DNA of 64,000 nt from Octopus vulgaris (Eukaryota). The stretch is from positions 22,010,001-22,074,000 of the forward strand of contig OX597823.1 of assembly GCA_951406725.2 (NCBI GenBank), in the 5' to 3' direction. The notes below the pieces were generated by a model. It was not told the origin of the DNA. It made no database searches and worked only from the letters and a program-made list of their open reading frames with translations. Numbering within the stretch: position 1 is the stretch's first letter; each line of letters starts with the position of its first letter. The translations under genes were made by a program, and so were the position numbers. This document shows, piece after piece, positions 15,976-28,599 of this stretch.

Positions 15976-16554
15976 GTAATAGCAACCATAAGACCAACAA
16001 CAGTAGTATAGTTTTAGCTTTTATCTTTGACTTGCATCAGTCATTGGGTTGCGCCCATGCTGGGGCATGCCTTGAACTTTTTACTCGAACACATTGATCC
16101 CTGTATTTATTTTTTAAAGTTTGGTACTTATTCTATCGGTCAATTTTGACGAACTGTTAAGGTAAACAAACCAACGTCGGTCGTCGGACTGTAGAGACGC
16201 ACGGACGCACCCCACCCCACCCAGCACACACGATAGATTTCCACTTGCTCTGTTTTGGATTGCCAGTCACGAAGCCAAACATCCCTGAATATTTCATCCG
16301 AATCCATTCAGCGGTTCTTGAGATAACTTGTTCACGGATAAACAAACGAACAAACAAACACGACTGAAAACAATACCTCCAACTTCACTAAGGCGGATTT
16401 AAATAAAACGCAAAACGTTACAGACAACACATTTGACAGCAAGAACAATTAGAACAATAAATGTGGTCAAACTAAAGAGTAGAGAAAACTAAGCAAAACT
16501 TCATCGCTTGCAAGTGTACTTTGAAACAAAATCAAAACCTCTGCTACAAAATGT

Positions 16555-16897
16555 TTTACTCTGTTACTTGTTTCAATAATTTGACTGCGACCATGCTGGA
16601 GCAATGCCTTAAAGGGTTTTAGTCAAACAGATCGACCTCAGGACTTATTCTTTGTAAGCCCAATGCTTATTCTATCGGTGTCTTTTGCCGAATAAGCAAT
16701 GGCGTGGGGGTGGGGGCAAACAGACAGATGCACATAAATACACACACACACATATATATATATATATAGACGACAGACTTCTTTCGGTTTCCGTCTACCA
16801 AATCCACTCACAAGGCTTTGGTTGGCCCGAAGCTATAGCAGAAGACACTTGCCCAAGATGCCACGCAGTGGGACTGAACCCGGAGCCATGTGGTTAA
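16555..16897 (-). mobile_element. SINE family B (CORE-like)
   Basis: Reverse complement contains ggcatcttgggcaagtgtctt (CORE-like), the internal TA/TG tract and the family tail. Confidence 0.85.
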
Positions 16898-16904
16898 CAA
16901 GCTT

Positions 16905-17275
16905 CGTATTTCTTTATTGTCCACAAGGGGCTAAGCATAGAGGGGACAAACAAGGACAGACAACCGGATTAAGTCGATTACATCGACCCCAGTAATTTAT
17001 CGACTCCGAAAGGATGAAAGGCAAAGTCGACCTCAGCAGAATTTGAACTCAGGACGTTAAGACAGACGAAATACCTATTTCTTTACAACCCACAAGGGGC
17101 TAAACACAGAGGGGACAAACAAGGACAGACAAACGGATTAAGTCGACTACATCGACCCCAGTGCGTAACTGGTACTTAATATATCGACTCCGAAAGGATG
17201 AAAGGCAAAGTCGACTTCATCGGAATTTACTCAGAACGTAAAGACGGACGAAATACTGCTAACCATTTCGCCAGA
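16905..17275 (-). mobile_element. SINE family A, dimer
   Basis: Two tandem body units of about 180 bp. Confidence 0.9.
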
Positions 17276-17348
17276 CGAAAGCACAATCCCAAATTCTATG
17301 AGTCACACCTGCACATATATTAGTCCTTTAATATTCAGAAGAGCTTTA

Positions 17349-18283
17349 GGGCGGCCAGCTGGCAGAAACGTTAGCACGCCGGGCGAAATGCATTGCCGTA
17401 TATCGTATGTCTGTTACTGAAAATTTATTATTACGTTCTGAGTTCAAATTCCGCCGAGGTCGACTTTGTCTTTCATGCTTTCGGGGTCGATTAAATAAGT
17501 ACCAGTTACGCACTGGGGTCGATATAATCGACTTAATCCGTTTGTCTACTCTGTGTTTAGCTCCTTGTGGGTAGTCAAGAAATAGGTATTTCGTCTGCCG
17601 CTACGTTCTAAGTTCAAATTCCGCCGAGGTTGACTTTGCCTTTCATCCTTTCGGGGTCGATTAAATAAGTACCAGTTACGCACTGGGGTCGACATAATCG
17701 ACTTAATCCATTTGTCCGTCCTTGTTTGTCTTCTCTGTGTTTAGCCCCTTGTGGATAGTAAAGAAATAAGTATTTCGTCTGCTGCTACGTTCTGAGTTCA
17801 AATTCCGCCGAGGTTGACTTTGCCTTTCATTCTTTCGGGGTCGATAAATTAAGCACCTGTTACGCACTGGGGTCGATATAATCGACTTGATCTGTTTGTC
17901 TGTCCTCGTTTGTCCTCTGTGGATAGTAAAGAAATAGGTATTTCGTCTGCCGCTACGTTCTGAGTTCAAATTCCGCCGAGGTCGACTTTGTCCTTCATCC
18001 TTTCGGAGTGGATTAAATAAGTACCAGTTACGCACCGGGGTCGATATAATCGACTTAATCCGTTTGTCTGTCCTTGTTTGTCCTCTGTGTTTAGCCCCTT
18101 GTGGGTAGTAAAATAATAGGTATTTCGTTTGTCTTTACGTTATGAGTTCAAATTCCGCCGAGGTCGACTTTGCCTTTCATTCTTTCGGGGTCGATAAATT
18201 AAGCACCAGTTGTGTAATGGGGTCGATCTAATCGACTGGCCCCCTTCCCCACCATTTCGGGCCTTGTGCCTAGAATAGAAAAA
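17349..18283 (+). mobile_element. SINE family A, tandem multimer (one head plus about 5 body units)
   Basis: A single ggcggccagctggcagaa head is followed by repeated gtatttcgtc...aagaaatag units of about 170-185 bp. Confidence 0.92.
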
Positions 18284-19412
18284 AATGTAAGCTTATTCGA
18301 AACCATGTAATATTGTTTATGCAAACCTATATATGTACAGACGTAAGTATTTTCGAAATGCTGATATATAATCGGTAATAAGTGTGTGGGAGAAATTAAA
18401 TAACGCACCATGGAACTTATTCAAAATGAGAGTGCGAATTCAATCTTACTCAAAGACGTACGTACAGTCTCACGCATGGTGTACACATATATCTCTGTTG
18501 ATATACACACATACAGACACATACACACATGTTATGCATATATATATATATATGTGTGTGTGTGTGTATATGGGTGCGCGCACGCGTGTGTGTATGTATG
18601 TAAATGTATAACATTAATATAAGTATATAAGTGTCTCTCTTTCTAGCATCTATATGCATACGCATCTATACACACACGCACACTCATGCACACACCCACA
18701 TATATACATACACCTATGCACATATATATTTCTGTGTAGTGTGCTTGCTCGTACGTACAATGTTTTATATCCGATATCTTAAATAACTATCTCAGCTATT
18801 TATCCTTATTATCTAGTTTCAATATTCTTTATTTTAATATTGTATAATATGCTATCGTTATTTTCTCTTGCTATTTTCGCACTGTGAAGAAGTAACATTT
18901 GTTCTGAAGCAATTTCCCTCTAGACCACTTGAGGCGTTCTGTGTAACTTAAGAAAATCATTATCTTATTTATAGCGGCTCTCAGTTTTTTACTAGTTTTT
19001 TTTTTCAATCCTTATACATTATCTTTATATACCAACATTTCGTTTTGTTTAAATTATAAACAAGCCACAGATACATACACACACGTGCGCATACAACAAT
19101 ACATTAAGAAGTAGCGTACGCTTGTTTTCACAAACGTGAAAACAAAAAATACCCGAAAGAAAGATTAGAATATACATATTTTATTTGAAACTGAATCATC
19201 AAATATTATCAGGCTAATACCTGACCTCAGGTTTTATTACTTTAATCGATTTGCTAAAAAAAACCACCACTGCACATTCAAAATTGTGTAATCTTCTGTG
19301 ACTTTTTTTTAATTGCAAGGAGCAGGCAACCAGTAATGAACATGTTGCATATAGTGGCGACACTTTCTACTGGGGTTTAGCTTAAATATGTTCAATAATC
19401 CGGTATCTGCTC

Positions 19413-19639
19413 CTACTCTTTTACTTGTCTCAGTCATTTGACTGCGGCCATGCTGGAGCACCGCCTTTAGTCGAGCAAATTGACCCCAGGACTTATTCTT
19501 TGGAAGCTTAGTACTTATTCTCTCCGCCTCTTTTGCCGAACCGCTAAGTTACGAGGACGTAAACACACCAGCATCGTTTGTCAAGCGATGTTGGCGGGTA
19601 CAAACACAGACACACAAACATATACACACACGTACGTAC

Positions 19640-19693
<54 letters not shown>

Positions 19694-19809
19694 GGGCTTC
19701 TTTCAGTTTCCGTCTACCAAATCCACTCACAAGGCTTTGGTCAGCCCGAAGCTATAGTAGAAGACACTTGCCCAAGGTGCCACGCAGTGGGACTGAACCC
19801 GGAACCATG
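19413..19809 (-). mobile_element. SINE family B (CORE-like), head truncated at the junction with the next element
   Basis: Matches the reverse complement of 29768-30188 up to ggaaccatg. Confidence 0.9.
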
Positions 19810-21965
19810 AAAGCCGTACAGAGATAAGTAGCTGCGGACTGGATAAGGACATTAATGTGATGAGGATGATAACGATAAAAATGAATAAAAATGGGAGGGG
19901 CACCGGCGCCCGCCGACCGATGGCCCCTCGAAAACACTGTTCAATTTAAAATTCAAGAAAAATTAATATACAGTAATTAGATACAAGTATAAAAATTTCA
20001 AAAACAAAAATTCGTTTTTCATTCATCCTCCTTGTCCGGGCCCCCAAGTAAGTTTCCTGCCGCCTGCAGGAAAGCCTGCATTGACAGGCCCGGACGGAGG
20101 GACACAAAATCTTCATTATTGCAGGTCCTCCTGACCTCAATTAGTCCTTCTTGGGTGACGGCCTCCGTAGCCACCTGCGGAGGTCAACATGGACTGTCTA
20201 TACAGACCGAGTCGTAGCGTTCTCGGTCTAGAAGACTATCCAAATACATCTCAACAAGCCCTCCCTTGAGGTAGAAAATGAAAAGTTCCACCTCTTTCTC
20301 ACGGGGAGGGGCCTCAACCTTCTCTGTCAGTGGCACAATCCCCACTGACAGAGCTTCTCGCTCCGGTGGCACACTTCCCAACGAAGGAGCCTCGGGTTCG
20401 GTCGGAGGCACAACGACATCCGCCAACCGTCTTCCGTTTCTCTTCCCTCTCCTTTTTCTTTTTGCGGTTGTGGAAGTCGGGGCCTCCATCGGCACACCTG
20501 GAAGGTCCTCCTCCTCTCCCGCAACCTGCAGTTCAGCTGGTAAGCAACCACCGTTGCTCACCTTTCGCTTTCTTTTCGTTGAAGCCGACGCCTCAGCGAC
20601 GTCCTCCGTTTCTCCCTACAATGGGAGCACGGAGAGCACCTACACCTTTTCCTGCTCCGGGACCTTACCACGGCCCCGAGGGCAGTCCTTCTTAATGTGT
20701 CCTGACTCCAGGCACGAGTGACACTTGGGCGGGGGCGACCCCCAAGTATCACTGGATACCTTGAGCCAGCTATTTTCAAAAAGTTAGGGAAACTCATTTC
20801 CCCCGCGGCCACTGGGGTCCATAGCGTCAAAGTCGCCTTTGCACCCTCCCAGTCGACCGCAGGCTTTATCTCTACATTTAAGAGTCTGGGCCCGTTTTTC
20901 CCCAGGCCCCGCTGGATGGCATCTGCAATCCACCTCGCTTCGGTGCCCGGGGAAGACCACATGCCCAGGCCCTCATTATTTTCTTCCCACAATATGTGGG
21001 AAGGAACAAAATCTCTTCCCCTTCTAGGAGCTGGCTTGCCGCAGTGCAAGCTTCCTCAAGGGTGTCAAATAGCAGCCACACCGTTGCATACCTGACACCC
21101 CTGGACACAAAGTAATTTTTAGCTGGCAAGCATTTTGCCAGCTCTTTATTAATGATACCCTTGTTGAAGGGGGCGATGGCATCAGGCGATCTAGAATAGG
21201 TCCGTAGTACCACCGTTCCTCCTCTCAATGTTTTCAAGCCACTTCTTGGGAGGGACAATCTCCCACTCAAAAACGGTAGCCTTATTTTTCTTCCAATTCT
21301 CTGCCATGAGAACAAAATGTCCACAGAAAATAAACACAACAACAAAAATTCTAAACACAGGTAAAATAGAAAAAAACTGTTCAATAAAGGCAGAAGAAAT
21401 GAAAATAATAGTTCATACCAAAAATAGTTCAGAAAGGAAAAACAACAAATACAACAGTTCACAAAGAGTAAATAAAAATAAAAATATAGTTCCAGGCAGA
21501 AAAAAACTCAGGCCACAATAGTACTCCGGCCCTATTCGATCCCGGCTCCGTTGCAGCCCTCAATTTGATGGTAAAATCCAGCAAAAAATTTTTTTATCTC
21601 TTCTCCAAATCTGTAATTTTCAAAACCTCTTAGTTGGTTTGAAAACAACAAAAAATTTTCTTCAATATTTCCCCACTGTAGAGAAACAACAATTTACTTC
21701 AAAAAGTTCTGGCTTGCTTCTCCGGTTGTTCAAACAAGCCACACACACTTTTGCTTGCTAAACAAGCATCAAATTCACCGCCAAGAGTAAACGAAAATGT
21801 CCCAGAGCTGGGCAGAATATACTGTAATAAGAATAATTCTACCCAGCCCAGAAAAAATAAAACCGCTTACTTATACGGCGACTTTTTTCCTCAAAGACGG
21901 AGCTAAACAGCTACACGTCTTCCTTTGTTCACTTCAGCAAGTAACTAAGAAATGCGCATGCGTAA
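19810..21965 (-). mobile_element. L1/Tx1-like element carrying only a frameshifted gag-like ORF1
   Basis: ORFs 20878..21462, 20558..21049 and 20184..20561 join through frameshifts. CCHC knuckle CHSCLESGHIKKDC at 20682-20723. I see no APE or RT motifs downstream. Confidence 0.65.
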
Positions 21966-22800
21966 ACAAGATACTTTATTTCATTAAATTTGTCATGAAG
22001 ACAGTACATAGATTAGGTAGCTTTGCGGGCTGGACAAGACATTAATGAAACGAATGATAATGATACAAGGATGATAAGGATGAGAGAAGACAGAAAGCGC
22101 CCGCCGACCCTTTGCTTCTCTATAACATTGTTCTTTAACAAATCATTACATGAGGCAATGAACCTCTTACAATTCGTCTAAAATGACAACAATATTAATC
22201 ATTACAAAAAATTTACATATTTCGGCACTAAGCCAATTCTTCTTCGCCCTCGACCAGGCTGTAAGCTGACCATAGGTACTGCTTCGGATCCTGGTCGGGG
22301 TCCCCAAAATCGACTCTAAACAAGTCCTTCGTAAAGGAACCCAACACCATGGACATGTTGACCTCCGCAGTCACCTGCGAAGGCCAACTCCTGTCTTCGG
22401 TCCTGGCTAAGGGCTCCTCCGCCAAACCTCGCTTCCGTAGGAAGCGTTCTATCGCTCCTCCCTTCAGAAAGAGTATGACAAACTCATCTTTCCTCCTTCT
22501 TGGAGGAGCCACTCCTCCCTCTGTCGGTGGCACACTTACCACCGACAGAATTTCGGGGCATGCTGGCAGTTGATCGTCAACTGCCAGCGATGTCCCATTC
22601 TTTTTTACTTTTTCTTTTTTTCCTCTTCTCGACGGGAGGGTGGAGTTCCTCCAACTTGTCCGGGAGTCCATCCTCCCCCACCCCCACCGCCTCAGAATCC
22701 ATCGGTGGGCAACCATTGTTGCCCACCTTTTCTTTTTTTCCTTTCGAGGGGTTACCTCCTCCTCGACTTTTTCTACCTCTCCTTCCGTTACATAATCAGG
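21966..22800 (-). mobile_element. Second, diverged and 5'-truncated copy of the ORF1-only element
   Basis: DEFVILFLKGGAIERFL aligns with EVELFIFYLKGGLVEMYL. Shared 3' UTR blocks (cgcccgccgacc, gacattaatg). AATAAA at the 3' end on the minus strand. Confidence 0.65.
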
Positions 22801-22869
22801 AGACTCCGATGGAGGAAAAACATCCTTCTTTCCTTCCTTCCTTCCTTCCTTTCATTTTAATAGAATTTC

Positions 22870-24390
22870 ATCAATCAGGTTTTTTATCTTTTCCTTTTCC
22901 CTTTTAGGCAATGTTTTCTTCGATATTGTTTGCACGCAGATTTTAATTCCGTTCCATTTTTCTTCTCTTCGTTCTTTATATGTTTTCTTTTTAAATTTCT
23001 TCATTGTGTAAATATTCATACTTGTTTCATATTTTCCAAATTATATTCTTCTGTTTGTATTCTATCTGTTATAAACGCGTATAAGTTTGTTTTCATCTTC
23101 CAGCTATTTTCATTTCTTTTTGATGTATAATGTCTGATGTATAATTTAATTACCAATGGATGTGGTCTGAAATGATATCTGCGCATCAGTATGTTGTACA
23201 AGTTTCTTAGCCATTTGTCTATCTGTATATAATCTGTCTGATATCTTGTTACGTCATTTGAGCTTCATGTGTAATTGTCTAAATGTCTTGCTTATTGCCA
23301 GAATAGACTGTTACTATCTACTAAATTGTTTCTTTGACAAAAGGGAATCAAATAGTTACCTCCTATTTTTCTCACCTTACCTACATTGACCTCCTATATT
23401 CTCCGTGTCACCTCTAACAACCTTTGCGTTAAAATATTCCATTATAATTGTGGTTCCTTTAGATTTAGTGTATTTGATCACATTTGAATCTTGTCTTCCC
23501 TATGTTCTTGAATATGAGTGTATATCTGTATGATGTTAATACTGACATTTTTCCTTTGCACTTTCATATTTTTCACTATCCGAAATTGTTCAACATCCAT
23601 TTAGTGATTTTTCTGAAGAGGTTTTCATTATGATCTCCATTCCTTTTTCATTCCTTTTCCCACTAGGATACAACATTGTATGATGTTTTTTTTTTAGAAT
23701 TTTAACATCAACCCATCTAGTTTCCGATGTTCCCATTATCTCAAGATTTTTCCCCCTCCTTCCTGATTTTTAATTTTCTTGGCTGATAGAGTTTTCTTGG
23801 GTTTTAGTGTCAAAGCTTGTTTATAGTTTTCAGAGCATCGCTATACGACAGTAAATCCCATTAGGTTTTAGGTTACAACCATCATAAGTATTCTACTCTC
23901 AGAGAAGTTCGTTTCTTCTTCCTTGTAGTCAATATCTATCAACTGTAGAATGTCCCGCTTCTCTATCCTTTTCTTGTCCACTTGTAACGTTATCGTATTG
24001 TAAGAATTGGGTTGGAATGTACATATAAAGTTGGGTCAGAAATAGTTGATTGAGTTTATTGTATGCGTATGAAAGAGAATTGCCCCCGGGTAATTTTATG
24101 TGGTTAAATGAATACAAACAGTATGTATAGCATTTGCTTTGCTTTAATATATCGAAATTTTATATTTAAACGTAAATTAAGGTATGTAAGTTCATACAAA
24201 TGTTATTTATTCCAGTAGTTTTTTACTGCGGGTGGGCTCACCTTTAGCTCAATTGGTTACTGAGTGACTATTGTGACCGAACTAGAGATATGTAGCGTGT
24301 TGGTTAAGTGGTTGCAATAATATTTCAATGTGGTTTAAGGTAGGCTCACTTCAGTCTGATATGGGGCTGAGTAAACGCAACAAGAACAAC
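22870..24390 (-). mobile_element. 5' part of a decayed RTE-clade LINE (APE endonuclease)
   Basis: Minus-strand translation gives IMGTSETRW, IIMEYFNAKV (for GDFNAKVG), GEKNRR..LIPFCQRNNLV, RYQTDYI and ADIISDH. Boundaries are approximate. Confidence 0.8.
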
Positions 24391-25686
24391 AGCAATCAAG
24401 AACTAAGATAGCAGAGTGGTATTGTCATCTTAGATAGGGAAAAAACTCACGTATTGTGGCAGAAATCAATTAGTTAGTAGTAAACGTTAACATATTCTGA
24501 TTTTTAGTGAGAAGAAAGACAGGGCCATTTAGTAAGGATTCTGAATCTGGAGGAAAGAGCACAAGGAATTAACTTCACAATGGAGATCTGATCCGAATGC
24601 TTTTAACAGAATAGATTCTGCTAAAGGCACCCAAAGGCTAGATGATGTAATTCACAAGAATGACAGATTAAGTTTTCCACTGAAGAACTGAAATAATCTC
24701 CCCACCCCGACGGCTTCACGCAGTTTCTGTCAAGCAAATTTACCTTGAACATGCGAGGGAGCTTCTATACACTTATAAGAAATAGTAGCTGAATTTCTCT
24801 CATATCAAAAACAACAGTAATGTTGTCAAGGATGCGTATAGAGGAAAAGACGAGATGGTCATGGCCTTTGGTCATTGGTTTACTCAACAAAAAAAAATAC
24901 TTGGATTAAATAACAACAAGAACAGCAATGCAAGTTTTTCTCAGAGCACGTGTGCTGACCCGAGCTAAGGGTTGTAAGGTGGGATTAGATTCAGATTGAC
25001 GGTGATTGCGAAACGAACACTTTAATCACACAACCACGCATGCAATGTTGCGTAGAAGAATACGCCACTCTACAGTAGATCTTTGGAACTTAAGGTATAT
25101 ACATTGTTATTCAAATTGTGCTTCTTTAAACTGGAAATAATTTATCCTCATTGTCATCGATGGATGCAGTTATGCAAATATAGGAGAAAGGAAAAGACTT
25201 AAGTAATAATATATAATACCTTTTTGAAATTCTTTGTTTGAATCTACTGGGGGAAACAACAAATTGAATGGATAAATATATGCATACATGCATACATAAT
25301 TATTTACGCAAGAAATATAGACAATGCTGAGTTTAACAATGTTTTCAGATGATACAAGGATGGAATTTTCTTAAAAGAAATGTCATACAAACACGTTGCT
25401 CTTCCAAATCCTTCATTGTTCAGCTTGTGACAAATCTCCAAGTGCACTAAACATGCGTTCTTTTTAGCACGTGTAGATCGATGTTTAATTGATGTGATAT
25501 GCTATGGCTGTTATTAGGCAGAAGGTCAAGGCCATCATACACAGTACTACATTTGCAAGCGAGCTGTGCCAGCACATGTCTTTCAAAGTTCTGTTTCTTT
25601 GTGGACAGGTTCCTCATACAAACATACACGCGCACAGTCATATATATATATATATAAAATAATATGTTACAATTATTCAATAGTCA

Positions 25687-25749
25687 AGATAAAACTCTGA
25701 GTTTCAGATGCCGAAGTGGAAATCCACAACACCATATCTTCGGTTATCT
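25687..25749 (-). ncRNA. Type I hammerhead motif (CCGAAGA core)
   Basis: Reverse complement: agataa-CCGAAGA-t atg...gtgga/tccac...cat ct-GAAA-ctcagag-TT-ttatct. Stem I has 6 bp. Lies in a (TA)n-bounded island at 25657-26440. Confidence 0.7.
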
Positions 25750-26435
25750 GACCATTTGAAAAAATGCTATGAAAAAATACCGTTATATAAAGGGAAATTA
25801 CTGTGTTATAATTCCGCTATTTATATAAATTAAGATTAAAAGTTCATAGTAAACACGTAAATATGGCTACTCATACGCTCACATGTGCGCTCGCAGACCC
25901 ACGTGCGTACTTATACGTCACTATGAAAACGTACACATCTTCACTCGCATTTTCGCCAAATGTATACGCATATATATACACAAACTCATACACACACACG
26001 CGTACCGTAAACGTTCATACATACGTCTATATACGCACAAGTACAAGAAAAAAACATGGTTAAAGGTAACAATACAGAAAAAACAACAATACAGAAAAAA
26101 ACATAAGGAAGTATACAAAGCGTAAAAACCACGTTCATATACGGACATGCCCTTATGCACTCATACACACACACGCCCATATATGTACATACTCGCACAT
26201 ATTTATATACCCATAAACACACACGCCTACACAAAAAAGAAATATACATATGCCCCCCCCAAAAAACCGTAAGAAATTGTAAAAATACTAAGTAAAAACG
26301 TCTATATATATGCACTCTTATGCCCGCACACACGCACACATCTAAATCTTTAACCTTATAAAACAAGCCTTCTGTAGTTTTTTCACTCTTTTCCATTTTC
26401 TATATATCCAACCACGTGCCTTCACACACCAACTT

Positions 26436-26496
<61 letters not shown>

Positions 26497-26521
26497 CATA
26501 CATATATATATATACATATAT

Positions 26522-26554
<33 letters not shown>

Positions 26555-26835
26555 TACCCCCCCACATATATATATATATACATATATACAAATATGCATA
26601 ATTTTAAAATAGGATAAAATCTTAATAAGAAATTATCAGGTAGTTAGCGTGAAAAACATCATAAGAGAAAAAATCTGTAAATTTTTTCACTTGAAAATAC
26701 TTATTTATATTATATAGAGGGCATTATTACACATAAATGCCACACGGTAGGAGGGACTTTTAAAGTCATAACTACCAAAAATAAACAAATCGTACCGAAT
26801 GCAATTCTCGAAGCGAGACATTTAAAAACAATTTA

Positions 26836-26899
26836 GTTCCAGATCACCTGTGATTTCGCAATTAACGTATTATCTACGTCTCTTGCTCTTCAGTGAAAC
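26836..26899 (-). ncRNA. Apparently intact type I hammerhead ribozyme
   Basis: Reverse complement: gtttca-CTGAAGA-GCAA gag ACGTA gataa TACGT taa TTGC-GAAA-TCAC ag GTGA-TC-tggaac. All core bases are present, all three stems pair, and the cleavage triplet is AUC. Confidence 0.88.
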
Positions 26900-27011
26900 G
26901 AATTCAAAATATATCATGAATGAACAAAACCAACATACCAGGCGGAACCAGACAGACAACCGTCGCCCCATGCTCTCTATATAATATAAATACATACATA
27001 CATATATATAT

Positions 27012-27059
<48 letters not shown>

Positions 27060-27194
27060 TTATAAGACAAAATAAGCAGATCTACAGATGAAAATTACAT
27101 GTGTGCAAACATGTATTCATATGCTTACGTGTACAGGTACATATGTACACACACTTATACATACATAAATACATACGTGGATACATGCGTGCAT

Positions 27195-27325
27195 TAGGTT
27201 ATGTACCAACCAGTTTGTACAAAAACCTAGAAATATTCGGTTTCACGGAAGAAGAGCAAAAGAAACTGACGCGGATTCTTCAACTCTAATCTGTTAATGG
27301 CACACTTAAGATTTGTAAGACATTC
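27195..27325 (+). mobile_element. Diverged R4/Dong-like C-terminal fragment
   Basis: LGYVPTSLYKNLEIFGF...LQL*SVNGTLKICKT aligns with 7130-7260. Flanked by (TACA)n and (TCCA)n. Confidence 0.6.
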
Positions 27326-28014
27326 CATCTATCCATCCATCCATCCATCCATCCATCCACGTACATACATACATACATACATACATACATACATACATAC
27401 ATACATACATACATACATACATACATACATACATACGTACATAACTTCATGCATTCATATGTTACACTCTCAGTTTTGACGACGAAAGTCTCAATAGTTT
27501 CATCTACGGAATGGCTTACTCATTGAACTAAATGCAAGAGTATTCCAAGGACATGTGCACACTTAACGTAATTTTTAGGGGGAATCAGCTGGTCCTTTGA
27601 ATTCCTAATACAGACCATGCGACGAGCTTCCAATACGTATATTGTTTTAAAATATTTGTACATCGAAATTTTGTTTTGATCCAGCTTGTCTGTACAGCAT
27701 AAAACTGAGTTTATGAACTATTTTAGTTGATACTCTCCGCCTTTGGAATTTTAAATTTTTCTGTGGACTCTAGACATTATTATTAGTGAAAAGAGTACCT
27801 CAGTTTCATAATAAAGGGTTAATAGTGGAAACAGGTCAATTTTCAATAAAAATAAGATTTCTAAAATTTATCAAATAATATTTTAAATATTGTTTAAATG
27901 GGTTTTATTGTTTAAATGGGTTTTATTATCAAAATATTTATTTCTATGATTATTTAAAAAGTGATAATTTGTAACGAAAACAAGTTAAGAAAAACATATA
28001 TAGAAATAAATACT

Positions 28015-28347
28015 GGTTTCAAATTTTGGCTCAAGGCCAGCAATAATGAGGGGTGGGGTGAATCAATTATAGTGATCCTCCCCCCAGTGTTTAACTGGTG
28101 TTTATCTTATCGACCCTGAAAGAATCAAAAGAAAAATAACCTCGGTGGAATTTGTCCGGCGTACTAACTAACGATTCTACGATCTCGTCCCATTATAATG
28201 AACAAATATGGATTTCAAATTTTGGCACATGGCCAGCAGGTTCGGAAGAAGGGTCAAGTCGGTTACATCTATCCCAGTACACAGCTGGTACTTACTTTAT
28301 CGAGCTCCAAAAGGATGAAAGGCAAAGTCGACTTCAGCAGAATTTGA
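28015..28347 (-). mobile_element. Two old SINE family A fragments
   Basis: Diverged tcgaccc.gaaag.at.aaa.g.aaa.t..acct cores. Confidence 0.7.
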
Positions 28348-28375
28348 TCAACTATTCTGTCTATATGTCTGTGCA

Positions 28376-28510
28376 CACCTTTGAATGCAGTGTATGCCAG
28401 AAGGTTTGCAAATCTAACTGAGGCATTAAAAGACATTTTAAGATCCACAAAGACCAGAACTTATCTGCAGCTCTTGGTGGTCCAAATCGGATGTGCAAAC
28501 TCTGCATAAG
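28376..28510 (+). pseudogene. C2H2 zinc-finger remnant, probably the C-terminus of an RTE-type LINE
   Basis: FECSVCQKVCKSN*GIKRHFKIH fits C-x2-C-x12-H-x3-H, with an in-frame stop and no TGEKP linker. Confidence 0.5.
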
Positions 28511-28530
28511 GAGTACTCAACCACCAACCA

Positions 28531-28586
<56 letters not shown>

Positions 28587-28599
28587 CATCTCTTAATTC

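Noticed and set aside
16285-16402. Possible Helentron-type non-autonomous end
   Set aside because: It is a single short fragment and I could not verify the termini.
17349-18283. Regularly spaced repeats resembling a CRISPR array
   Set aside because: The units are whole ~180-bp SINE bodies with no unique spacers, there are no cas genes, and the context is eukaryotic.
18880-18915. Hammerhead-like words (tgaaga...ctgaag); also gtcctgtgaccgaaactagt near 31255 and gtctcatgaaaacgtta near 55620
   Set aside because: One core strand or the stems are missing, so these are too degenerate to call.
28376-28510. C2H2 zinc-finger gene exon
   Set aside because: It is a single finger with an in-frame stop and no canonical linker; more likely a LINE C-terminus.
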